Assembly (NCBI GenBank): GCA_964016885.1
Contig: OZ024747.1
Span: 38,750,001 to 38,814,000 of the forward strand
Source of the DNA: Eledone cirrhosa
Lineage: Eukaryota
Direction of reading: 5' to 3'
DNA: 64,000 bases
The notes beneath the pieces are model-generated. The model saw only the letters and a list, made by a program, of their open reading frames with translations, was not told the DNA's origin and made no database searches. Position 1 is the first letter of the stretch; each line of letters starts with the position of its first letter. The position numbers and the translations under genes were made by a program. Shown here piece after piece: positions 25,900 to 38,310 of this stretch.

Positions 25900-27834
25900 C
25901 AGAACACTGACAAAAACTAACGCAACATAAAAACATTGAACGCGGCAGGATATGTGCTCAGACCATAAATAGAAGATGCTGATGATAATGGTGGCTGTTT
26001 CTGCTTTTGACACAGAGTCAGCAATTGCTGACGGTCGTGGAGTTAGTGTTGCTCTGGGTGTGTTTTGTGTGCTTGTTTGTGGGTGTGGAGCTGGATTTTT
26101 CCTTTTCTTTTTGTGCCTTTTAGCTTTTTGGGGGTTCCTCCTCATTTTCACTTGGAGAAGTGGGGGAACTGGTGTCTGGGGACTCTGTGTCAGAGGGGAG
26201 TGGGAGTGCTTTATGTGTGTGTAAGTTTTGCTATGTGTGTATGTGTTTGTAAAAGGGTGGCGGTGGTGGGATGCCTGTTTGAGCGACAACCAGGATGGAT
26301 TTAATTGTCATTGTTGTTAATGGTGCTGTTTCATTTTCTGTTTCTGCTTGTGTTGTCCCTCCTCTTGACACCGGTGTTGACAACAACAGAGATTTGCGGT
26401 CCCCTGCAGTTTTCAATTGGGGACAAAAGTCTCTCAGTAGTGTGGCTTCACCACACACGAAACAATGCGGCCGTTAGCCCTCCATGACTACCTGGATTTC
26501 GTACGCGTCTGGTAGTTTGATGTGGTCCGGTATGATTTTGAGGTCTTCAAGACTGATTTGGAGAAGGATATGCAAGCCAGTCCCTGAACATCTCTCTCTT
26601 TCTTTCTCTCTTTGTGAATTTGACGTCGAGGAGGGTGTCAGCGCAATCTACCGTTACGCATCCCAAGAGCCACCATAAATCCAGTCTTGGTAGAATCCTG
26701 GGAACACGGACCCTTACAGATCTCATCCCCATGTAGGACCGGTACAAAAACGTTTTTTTTTTTTTTCAGGGGGCAAAAGAATTATTTATAGCAAGGGCTT
26801 CAGTTTTGAAAAACATCAAGATGCTCCCAAATTGTCTGACCCTTGTTATATAGTCTATGTCATCATTTCGATGCATGCAGTGCTGCCTCTATCTGTTCTT
26901 CGGAGACATTCTCAGCTTTTTAAGATTTAACCGAAATACTTCGTTATTTTAGAGTTCTCCTCTTCTTTGCTGCCATTACCTCTGTCGGGGCGTTTAAATT
27001 GGCCCAGTTTTTCTCTCTTGTAGTAATTTTTCCACTTGGGCCAAACATACCTTTTTCTCTGTAAGGTCGAAATCGTACAGTGTTTATCTTTTTGCTAATG
27101 TGGCCGCGAAAGTACTGTTTTTGTTGATGCTGTTTTTGTTGTCCTTTTTGTAGTTGCTGTTTTGCTGTTTTTCGTTGACTAAATTGTTGTTGGTGCTGTC
27201 GTCGTTCTTGTTGTTATTGTTGGTGTTGTTGTCATTATTGCAGCTGTTGTTAGTGTTGCTGTCGTTGTTCTTGTTGGTGTTGTCGCTGTTACCGTTATTC
27301 TTAGTGTTGTTGTTGTTGTTGCTGTCTTGCCTTATTTCTTAGTTACTGTTGGTGATATCACTATTCATATTCTTGGTGGTGCTGTTCATTTGGTGGTTGT
27401 TTTTATTGAGGTTGTTTTTAACGTTAGTGTCCTCACTCTTTCTGTTGCTCCTGTCGTTGTTCATGTTGTTTGTGGTGGTGTTGCTATATGGGTTTGTAGT
27501 ATATATTTTTGTGTCTGCTGTGTCCCTCCTCTCAACGTTTAAGCCGCTGTCACATGACAGCAGACTTAATGTGTGTGTGTGGGGGGGGGGGGCGTGGCCC
27601 AGCCATATTTTGTTTATTTTGTATTTTTCATGACAAATGTTTATATATAATTGTTTATAAAAAGTTCAAATATTTGGGCCAAAAGGCCGAAATATTATGG
27701 CGTCTCCCCTTCACAAGGCAAAGACAGAAGTCTTACGACCCTTTTGCAAAATACATAGCAACTAATTGAAAAAAATCTCGAAATTTTCTACCTTGTGGAG
27801 CTCACAAAAGACACGTCTTCACTGTCTGATAGCC
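25900..27834 (-). mobile_element. Tx1 5'UTR/ORF1 remnant (third subfamily, no ORF2)
   Basis: Asn/Thr-rich N-terminus, TFAATLAK, RSVRVRVPRI, GGLRPHCFVCGEA.L..FCP knuckle remnant. The 5' end abuts AATAAT as in copies A and B. Confidence 0.7.
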
Positions 27835-27911
27835 AATAATCATAATGATAATAAGCACATGTATGGTATGCATGCGTTTATGTGTGAGCGTATGCATTTA
27901 TGTATGCAAAT

Positions 27912-27942
<31 letters not shown>

Positions 27943-28177
27943 GCTTTCACCGTATTTTTGACTAAAAGAATTTAGCTTGATAATGGGGTTTAGAACCCTC
28001 AGATGAATGGAAAAAGAGGAGTATTGAAGTACAATGTATGTCAATACTGATCTTTTTCCATTTATCTGAGGGGTCTATACCCCATTATCAGGCTAAAATT
28101 CCTTTTGTCAAAAATACGTTGAAAGCTATTCTATTATCTAATTTCAGGCCTGCTCACTGTTTCAAAACATACTTACT

Positions 28178-28628
<451 letters not shown>

Positions 28629-28755
28629 AAAGTTATATTTAAATTGTTGGGTTACAACTAGTAAATATTTATAACTGATATAAAAGCACTCGACAAGTAT
28701 TCGGAGTATATTTACAATATTAAATAAATGGAAACTATATTTATAAAACCATATT

Positions 28756-28821
28756 TATTTCATTATATATATTTCAGGGATATCATATTAACAATATGCT
28801 ATGCCTTCCTCAGACAAAATA
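28756..28821 (-). ncRNA. Hammerhead ribozyme in the inverted pLTR (mirror of 31828-31893)
   Basis: Reverse complement of the plus-strand motif at 31828-31893. Confidence 0.65.
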
Positions 28822-29241
28822 CAATATAAACAGTTTTATAGATAAATAGATTCGACATACCGTAACAACATCGACTTGTATTTGAAAAGGTTGATTTGGC
28901 AGTGAAAAAATTGTACACAGAGAGAAAGAAAGAGAGAAAAAAATGGAAAGAAAGACAGAAAACGAAGAAAAAGAAGAAAAAGAAGAAAAAGAAGAAAAAG
29001 AAAAAAAAGAAGAAATGCATGGAACAAAATAGAGAGATGGAAAGATAGATAAAGAGAAGAACTTCATGTAAAGAAACAGAGATATATATATATATATAGA
29101 GAGAGAGAGGAAATAGAGATAGATACATATATATAGAAAACTAGGTAGTGGGACGTCTGTTGGGTAAACGTATCAATACATTTATTTATTTATTTACATA
29201 GGAAAATACCTGGTACTACCGGAGGTTTATATAGAGATGAC

Positions 29242-30390
29242 ATGCTTTTACTTATTGATAATAATAACTCTGAACTAAATAGAAAATGTAAACAAATTAC
29301 ACAATTTTTTAATTACTTTAATCTTAAAATAGAAATTGAGAACAACCATAGAATAGTCAATTTCCTAGATATAACATTAAATCTCAACACATGTCTTCAC
29401 TATCCCTTTCACAAGTTGAATGAAAACTTAAACTATGTCAACTTTAACTCTAACCACCCCAGATCTATCAAAAACACTATAGTAAACTCTGTTCAAAAAC
29501 GTATCTCTAGGATCTCGTCGAATAGAAAGATTTTCGACGAAAAAGCCCAATACTACAATGAAGCATTAGCTAGAGCAGGATATGCTGATAAGATTGTGTA
29601 CATAGATAATGATAGACAAACTAAACAAAATAACAACTATTTTAATTACGGCAACAACCTTAACAACTATAATAGAAATCATTACAATAATTCCAAAGGC
29701 CAAAGAAGAAATAGAACTAGGAACATAATTTGGTTTGCCCCCCCTTTCTCACTAAACATTAAAACCCACATCGCTAAACTATTTTTTAAAGCTCTTGATA
29801 ATCGCTTCCCTAGAACACATAGGTATCACTCAATTTTCAATAGACATACAATAAAATTAACCTACTCATCCACCAAAAATTTAGCACAAAATATTAATAG
29901 AATAAATAATAGGAACTTAAAACCTAGTGATAATAGAATAAATAATATACAAGTTAACAAATGTAACTGTAGAGATAGATCTAAATGTCCGTTAAATAAC
30001 AACTGCTTAGTTAAAAATATAGTATACAATTGTAATGTTAATACTGACTCTAATTCTTTTAACTACGTCGGTTCCACATCGACGGAATTTAAACTTCGCT
30101 ATAATAACCACAAGAATTCTTTCACAGATCCAAGAAAAAAATCTTCAACGGCACTATCAGGCGTTCTCTGGCAACTTAAGCTAGATAACGTTAGATATTC
30201 GACGGCTTGGAATATAGTCTCAAGAGGGATTCCTTTTAATTCATCCTCTGAGACATGTGACCTCTGCGCAGAGGAGATATTCTTTATACTAAAATCTAAA
30301 AATTCCCTTAATCTACGGACAAATTTATTCAGTTGCTGCAAACATAGATTAAACTCAACGTTTAAATATAAATTTAAATTTAAAATGTAG
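29242..30390 (+). pseudogene. PLE RT C-terminal half + GIY-YIG endonuclease (5'-truncated ORF)
   Basis: Upstream GGLYRDD; VNFLDITL, SNHP, WFAPPFS, CNCRDRSKCPLNNNC, VYNC..YVGSTSTEFKLRYNNH, CDLCAEE, CCKH. Confidence 0.92.
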
Positions 30391-31827
30391 TATATTTAGT
30401 TTGATTTATAATTATATGGGAAACTAGCCGATAAATCTTTGATTCCTTCTTTTTATTCTTTTTATTTTTATTTTATTTTTATTTAAACATTCTTCATGAA
30501 AAATTAAGCTACCCTAAAAGTTGATGCTCCAAATATTTCGAATAAACGTTACACTAGATAAACTTCTATATTAAATATAAGAACACATGTAGACCAAATT
30601 GGGCATCCTAAACTTTTTGAAATGATCTTTGCTAGATGCGATTTGATAGATAATTTTTGGCTTTATCTGTTTTTCGACTCTGATGCTTATAATGAACTTG
30701 GCAATATATTGTCAATTAATTTTGAAGGGTTGATCTTTGTGGTTTATTTTTATTTTTATTATTGTAGTATTTTCTAATATTTTTATTTTTAATATTTTTA
30801 ATATGTAAATTTTTTAATATGTAATATTTTTAATATGTAATATTCTTTCGTAATATTTTTTAGTTTTCTATTTTATTATTACTTATTATTATTATTGTTA
30901 TTTTTTAGTTTTGTTTCTGATATATATTTTTATTAGTATATTGAAATCTGCTCTCTATTTCTGCTTGATAGATAATCTTGTAGAGTAAAAACAGGAATAG
31001 TAATATTGACTCTATATATATTTGTGTCTATATATATACACATATATGTATACTTAAATTTTTATACCACAATGAGAATGTTTTCCGTGAACTTAGGGTT
31101 TGCAGAGTTGATCATGTAAATTCACATAGATGTTTGTAGTTATCACATAAACATATGAATTTTTTTAAAAAACTAAACATAGGATCATTAATTTTCACAC
31201 ATTATGGATACATGTCTCATTCTGGAATACTGATATTTACAATATAGTGGCTGGTTTTTATAAATACTAATACCTCTACATTAAAACATAGGGTTTTCGA
31301 CGCCTCGCCTATGTCTGGTTATTTTTGAATTTTTTCTCTCTATATATTTTTTCTCTCTATATTTTTTCTCTCTCTATATAACAGCTGGTTTCTCTCCATA
31401 TATCTCCCTTACATTAATACTAGAGCTAAATAAATAAATAAATAAATAAATAAATGTATCATTGATACGTTTACCCAACAGACGTCCCACTACCTAGTTT
31501 TCTATATATATGAATCTATCTCTATTTCCTCTCTCTCTCTATATATATATATATATCTCTCTGTTTCTTTACATGAAGTTCTTCTCTTTATCTATCTTTC
31601 CATCTCTCTATTTTGTTCCATGCATTTCTTCTTTTTCTTCTTTTTCTTCTTTTTCTTCTTTTTCTTCTTTTTCTTCTTTTTCTTCGTTTTCTGTCTTTCT
31701 TTCCATTTTTTTCTCTCTTTCTTTCTCTCTGTGTACAATTTTTTCACTGCCAAATCAACCTTTTCAAATACAAGTCGATGTTGTTACGGTATGTCGAATC
31801 TATTTATCTATAAAACTGTTTATATTG

Positions 31828-31893
31828 TATTTTGTCTGAGGAAGGCATAGCATATTGTTAATATGATATCCCTGAAATATATATAATGAAATA
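31828..31893 (+). ncRNA. Hammerhead ribozyme in the 3' pLTR
   Basis: Stem I TATTTTGT/ATGAAATA (two G-U pairs). CTGAGGA at 31836-31842. Stem II AGG..CATATT-GTT-AATATG..CCT. GAAA-TATATA-TA gives a palindromic stem III and an AUA triplet. Confidence 0.65.
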
Positions 31894-31930
31894 AATATGG
31901 TTTTATAAATATAGTTTCCATTTATTTAAT

Positions 31931-31988
<58 letters not shown>

Positions 31989-33727
31989 AAATTAAAAGAT
32001 GGTTAAAAAAGTTCCATGTATTTTATTATGCGCTTTTAAAAAGCAGATATCATCCAGGGATGATATTTGCTTTCTTATCAGATAAAATAGGGAGACATGA
32101 TATGAAGCTTAAAAAAGACACTTGTGGGCAAGGTAGTGTCTATACAACATATCACTAATTCCTTCTTATATATACTTCAGTCCAATAAACTGTTGAGTGT
32201 TACTTATCCGATATTTGCATTGCTTTATTGTGTTACAATAAAAAAACCTCCTACACACATATATATATATATATAACGAAGGAAATGTGGTAAGGAACCA
32301 GATGGACCATAACGCACCAAAGTACTCAATACTTAGGGTAGTAGAGTGGGTAATAGGAACAAGTAGGACCCCGACGCCTGAGCTCAAGCCATTTCGACGG
32401 CTAATTCTGGACTAAATAAAAATGTTTAGCCTGGTAAATGAATAGCCGAACTTCTTATGGGGTAATTCCATATATGGTATAAGTGATTGTCACAAGGATT
32501 GGTCAAAAGTTTGTTGTTAAGACATATGATTCTATCGTGACATTTTGTGAGAGGTAGGGGTAGCTAACTTGTCAGTAGAAGAAAGAGGGAGGGGGAGTGG
32601 AGGAAACCCAGTCAAGCGTTGAAAGTGAAAAATACAGCAGATTCTAAGGATAGTGTATAGAAGGTCAAAAGAAGTATACTAGATAAGGGGAGGGGGGAGT
32701 TGAAACAATAAGTAAATCTAAAGGGAGTAAACAAAAAGCCATTATATAAATGAGGAAATATATAAAAATATATAAAAAATATAAAAAACAATTTCTGGTT
32801 ACTACTTCCCTTCCACAATCTTCAAATCTCTCACATGTACTGCTAAGCTATAGAATAGTTTAATAGGTGGGAAGGAATACTAAATACGAGATTGTAGTGA
32901 AATAATTTTATGAGGCCATAATTACAGGGGTCTACCACCACTACAATAGTTAGTAGTAATCAGCCAATGCTATCTTACAATGACATGTTAATAATTAAGG
33001 ACCAACATACTAAACAAAACTAATACGAAATATTAATTCAGAATCCCGAAACTATTACGAAATATTAATTCAAAATCCCGAATCATGAATACCAATACAA
33101 TATATATAAAAGTACTGCTACAATACATACATTCTAATACAATCTACATAAAACTCATACAATAAATATTTAAAAAAACTAATACAATATATATAAATAC
33201 TGCTACAATACATAAATTCTAATACAATCTACATAAATACTCGTACAATATATATGAAAAACTAATACGAAATATTAATTCAGAATCCCCCCCCCCAAAA
33301 AAAAAAATACTAATATACAAGAAACTAAAGCAGAAATACTACTAAGAAATCTAGAAATCACGGAAATGGGGCAGCAACCAGAGAAGAAAGCAAGTATCTG
33401 GGGGTCTAGCACATCTGCTATAAAAAGCGGAATCGGCCAATTCTATCATAAAATAAGGGGGGGGGGGGATTACTGAGGCTACCTAGGACCGAAGGGCCGC
33501 ATCGAGGTGGGCGAGGAGGTGAACAGAACGACGACAAAGAAGGAGATCTGGGGTGGAAGGACAAGGAAGGGATGGGAGGAAGAAGGAAATATAGAGGAAA
33601 CGATAAATAATATATAAAAAAGAATATATAAAAAAGTTGTCTATCTTTGTAAGCAGGGGTTATCCCTTACAAAATCGGCAAGTGGAGTGTTTCAGCCCTT
33701 GGCTACCCCCCCCCCCCCCCCCCCGGA

Positions 33728-34378
33728 TCATTGCGTGGCGTAAGTCCTACGCAATCTGTGTTTGCATGCAGTTACCAGTTCGTCTTTCTTATTTAGGAGT
33801 TGGTCTGTCGAAAACACCATTTGTAATGTTTCCTCCGAGCATAAGTTACACGGACGCCCTCCACCCGTGTACGGGTTGGCTCCGGACAGTAAGGTCCAAG
33901 TGAGATTGTAGGTTATATTATTATCTTTGAGGTCCCAGATGTGGTCCGAAAGTGTAGTGGCGTGACGCCGGGCAGGGTTTCGGAAAGTATGTCTGTGTTG
34001 GTAGAGCCGGGTCTTGCAGTCACATGCGGTTAATCCTAAATAAGCTTTGTTGGAGGTGTCCGTCCTCACGTTGCACTGGTAGATCACATTACGATCTCTG
34101 AATCTGTTGTCGAGGGGGCAAAGGGATCCATCAGGACAGTTACACCTCCTGGTCGGCTCTACACTGCTATCTAGGTTATTTCTTCCATAGAGTTTTTTGT
34201 TGTTAGAGGAGACGAAGTTTTGTGCAAATTTAGGTGTGGTGCTGTAGGAGAGTTTGATGGTGTTTTTGTTGATTATGTTGTAATAAGGGTGTTGTAGTGG
34301 GAAGTGTTTTTCGATGGGCCTAAAGAAGATTTCCCGACAGGTGTTGTCAACTCGGCATTGTGGGGAGGATTGAACCAC
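33728..34378 (-). pseudogene. PLE linker + GIY-YIG endonuclease fragment
   Basis: KHFP..HPY, TIKLSYSTTP, CNCPDGSLCPL, IYQC..YLGLT..KTRLYQH, CNLCSEE, LLNKKDE, CKH. Confidence 0.9.
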
Positions 34379-34997
34379 GTAACGTTGCGTGAGCGGCGGT
34401 GTCGCCTGCTGGTTCCGCTAATGGAAGCTGGATAATAGGATATTACCTCCCGGAAGCCACTCCGCTTGTTAACCTGTCATTGTAAGATAGCATTGGCTGA
34501 TTACTACTAACTATTGTACTGGTGGTAGACCCCCTGTAATGATGGCTTCATAAAATTCTTTCACTACAATCTCGTATTTAGTATTCCTTCCCACTTATTA
34601 AACTTTTCTATTGCTTAGCAGTACCAGTGAGAGATTTTACAATTGTGGACAGGGAGTATTAACCAGAAATTGTTTTTTATATTTTTTATATATTTTTTAT
34701 ATATTTCCTCATTTTTATAATGGCTTTTTTGTTTACTCCCTTTAGATTTACTTATTGTTTCACCCTCTCCCCTTCTCTAGTATACTTTTTTTGACCTTCT
34801 ATACACTATCCTTAGAATCTGCTGCATTGTTCACTTTCAACGGTGGACTGGGTTTCCTACACTCCTTCTCCCTCTTTCTTATACTGGCAAGCTCAGCTAC
34901 CCCTGCCTTCCACAGAATGCCATGCTAGAATCATATGTCTTAACAACAAACTTTTGACCAATCCTTGTGACAATTACTTTTACCATATATGGAATTA

Positions 34998-35091
34998 CCC
35001 CCTGAGAATTTCGGCTATTCATTTACCAGGCTAAACATTTTTATTTAGTCCAGAATTAGCCGTCGATATGGCTTGAGCTCAGCCGTCGGGG
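34998..35091 (+). ncRNA. Degenerate hammerhead (mirror at 32369-32462, minus strand)
   Basis: CCCC-CTGAGAA, stem II CGGCTA..TAGCCG, GATA (GAAA in the mirror copy), then (T)GGCTTGAGCTCAGCCG-TC-GGGG. Confidence 0.5.
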
Positions 35092-35260
35092 CCCTACTTG
35101 TTCCTATGTATATATATAAATAAATATATATATATATATGTGTGTGTGGATGTGTGGAAAAAATGAAATTTCATTTCTCACTCTTAGTACGGCTGATACT
35201 TAAATATAAGTATGTATACGTACATACATATATATACATATAAGTATGTGCGTATACATA

Positions 35261-35342
<82 letters not shown>

Positions 35343-35504
35343 CAGTATTTACGTATCGAGAGAGAGAAAAAAAGAGGACGATAGGTGATACATATAGTTA
35401 TTTGCCAAGTAGCGTATGCCAAAGGTGCTCGATACTAGTGCCGGCGGTATTAAATATTCGAAGTGTTAATATTTAGTGGGCTAGAGAGTTAGCACAGCGC
35501 AAGC

Positions 35505-35892
35505 ACGTGGGAAAGTAAGAAATCGGAGAATAGACCGTTAAAACATGTTTATTTAAAACAGCACCTACGTACGTTTCGCTCAGTTGGGCTTCTCAAGGGC
35601 ATAAATAACCAAAAGTGTTCCTTACATTGCTCGGAAAGAGTTTCTTGGGCTAAGTTCACGTCAAGGTTCATTGCTCGCAAAAATAGCGTATTTTGATTTT
35701 GCAGCAGGTCAAGGGAGCATTGCGAGCAATGAACCTTGACGTGAACTTAACCCCAAAAACTCTTTCCGAGGAATGTAAGGAACACTTTTGCTTATTTATG
35801 ACCTTGAGAAACCCAACTGGGCGAAACGTACGTAGGTGGTGTTTTAAATAACATGTTTTAACGGTCTATCCTCCGATTTCTTACTTTTCCAC

Positions 35893-35894
<2 letters not shown>
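35505..35894. mobile_element. Non-coding foldback element (~175 bp arms) with a hammerhead in each arm
   Basis: Arms 35505-35680 and 35720-35894 are near-perfect reverse complements; the right end abuts (TA)n. Confidence 0.88.
35801..35837 (+). ncRNA. Minimal hammerhead, U3-A8 variant core (mirror at 35563-35599, minus strand)
   Basis: ACC-TTGAGAA-(A/G)CCC AACT GGGC-GAAAC-GTAC-GTA-GGT; palindromic stem III ACGTACGT. Confidence 0.65.
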
Positions 35895-35936
<42 letters not shown>

Positions 35937-36199
35937 TCAGAACTTAGTCATACAAATAAAAATAGTTAAGCCCTGCGTTAAATTAACTGGAAAACATGTG
36001 ATATTATTTACGACGCTCATATAGGATTTATTTTGCTATTGGCCGTAGATAAGGATTTAAGAATATTCTGTAAACCTATAAATCTGAATTCGCACTTTGA
36101 CTAATTTTGTTATAATAGTATATAACATTTAAAAGACACTGAAATATATGCATCCGTAACAGTTCTTCTCACACGAATACGCATATTTGTATGTATATA

Positions 36200-36254
36200 G
36201 ACACACACACACACACAAACACACGCGCACACACACACACACACACACACGCAC

Positions 36255-36296
<42 letters not shown>

Positions 36297-36315
36297 ACAC
36301 ACACATACACACACA

Positions 36316-36356
<41 letters not shown>

Positions 36357-36432
36357 AGACACACGCGCACACACACGCACACACACATACACACACACAC
36401 GCACACACAAACACACGCACACACACACACAC
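36200..36432. repeat. (CA)n microsatellite
   Basis: Interrupted CA repeats; the HTHT/CVCV ORFs are artefacts. Confidence 0.97.
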
Positions 36433-36559
36433 ATTTATATAGTTTCACAAATAATTAGCAAACCAACTTGGATGACGCACGTTCGGTTACATAGTCTGTG
36501 GAATTGGAAGAATTTGGAGTACAGGATGGAGTGTTTGGTGTAGGTGGCGCAGGGGAAGG

Positions 36560-37317
36560 TTAAATTGAGTTAGGAGTGTGATTCAGTGGGTTTAAAGAAG
36601 CCGAAGGTGACGGGTGAGCTATGGGAAGGGGCGATGGAGACAGATGTGCAAAACGGAGGTGGTGGGAAATGGTGGGGGTGAAGTCGAAGTCTGGATGAAA
36701 GGGGCAGATAAACGAGAGAAAATGGTCGAGCTATTCTTGTATGACTGAGATGGTTCCGGTGGAGTCGTCAATTTAACGGCCGTATAGCTCGGGGATGGAG
36801 CCGGTATACTAGGCAAAGTTTGGGGGCTCAACGTATAGTTTGGCAGAGTTGGAGCCAATTTTTGTGTGCCATGTCCACCCTGGTAACATATTCGTGGAAA
36901 TCACCCGAGAAGGAAAAGCAGCTGGGCAAGGCTGATGAGCGTGGAGGTGGAGGATAAACTTTCTCGGCCTTCCGAGGAAGTTTTGGAGGGCACGTATGCC
37001 AACGGCATGGGGAATGACCATGTAGAGAGATTCGATATCTAGGGTGAAGAGGAGGGCGTGTACCGGGTGGAAGATAAAGGATTCAAAGAGGCCGAAGTCA
37101 TGGCCGAGCAGGATTGACAGGTGGGGCGGAGGGGAAGAAAACTTCTGGGTAGATCGCTGTCGAGGCTGTAGATTGTAGTGAGGGATAAGTGGAAAGTGGC
37201 ACGCATGATAAGACTGGAAAAACGGGTGAGGATGTTTTCGCCAGAGGGGGAATAGCAGGATGAAGCATGAAGAGGAGGCAGAATCCTTAGGGAATGAGAT
37301 GGAGATGAAGGTAGCAA
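36560..37317 (-). mobile_element. Possible very degenerate PLE 3' coding remnant
   Basis: GC-richer island. Weak resemblance to a PLE GIY-YIG end (AKLYVE, RHFP..S, SLNP.E); no continuous ORF. Confidence 0.35.
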
Positions 37318-37373
<56 letters not shown>

Positions 37374-38206
37374 CGTGTGTGTGTGTATAATCACAAACGA
37401 GTATTTATATATGTATTATCTTTGTATAAGTAAAACAAGAATATATAAAAGTATGCATCAAACATCTATCGCAGGAGCAGACACACACACATACACAAAC
37501 GCGCACGCATATACACACGCGCACACGAACGACAGTTACACATGCACACACACTCACACATATATATACACATTACTGCAAATCACACACGCACATAGAA
37601 ATATGTCAATGCGTTTTTACTAGATAAATACATTGTCCACTCATAGTAGTTTGTGATGTCAACTGAAAGACGCATCAGGCGAATAGTTAGAGGATAGTAG
37701 TAAATTCTCCTTTACTACATTGTAAAATACGCATATATTCTCTGACGTCATCGTTACCTTTAGAGACGTTGCTAACGATAACTGTCGTCTGTAGTCGTAC
37801 TGTTGATAGAGGTGTTGTTAGCGAAAACTCGGAATCTTTCCCTTTTCCTTCTTCTCTCTCACATCTTCGTTACCCTCATCAAAGTCACCCCCCCCCCATC
37901 TTGCTCTTCAACTTCGCTTCCAGCAAAGTCATTGTCCTCTCAATGGGGAAATTCTCTCTCGTTTTGATGTTTTTGTTGCTGTTTAGCTCCAGGTCAAACC
38001 TGTTCGAGTTTTTCCGTTATGAACATCTTTGCAGGTATGATCACAATATGTTCCTTCTATGTGAAATAAAGTCAAGACCAATCTATCTTATGTGTCCATT
38101 TGGCTGTATCACTAACACTTGATGTTGATGGTGGAGGTATTGGATGAGGTTTGGCGGCCTTATCTGTTATAATTTGAAAGAAACGAACAAACATAAACAG
38201 ATCATT

Positions 38207-38310
38207 GAGGTTAACTTTGCTTTTCATCCTTACGGGGTCGATAAAATAAAGTACCAGTCATTTACTGGGCTATTGTTGGCCTTGTGCCAAAAGTAGAAAC
38301 AATTATTATT
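38207..38310 (+). mobile_element. SINE 3' fragment
   Basis: GAGGTTAACTTTGCTTTTCATCCTTACGGGGTCGATAAAATAAAGTACCAGT...GTGCCAAAAGTAGAAACAATTATT. Confidence 0.75.

Larger units (their letters stand above)
28713..31936 (+). mobile_element. Penelope-like element (Hydra-clade-like), 5'-truncated, with inverted pseudo-LTRs
   Basis: Inverted arms ~28713-29196 and ~31435-31936 enclose an RT/GIY-YIG ORF; (TA)n lies on both sides. Confidence 0.92.
32275..35107 (-). mobile_element. Penelope-like element (Hydra-clade-like), heavily 5'-truncated, with ~630 bp inverted pLTRs
   Basis: Arms ~32353-32985 and ~34475-35107 are diverged reverse complements around a GIY-YIG ORF; (TA)n flanks. Confidence 0.88.
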
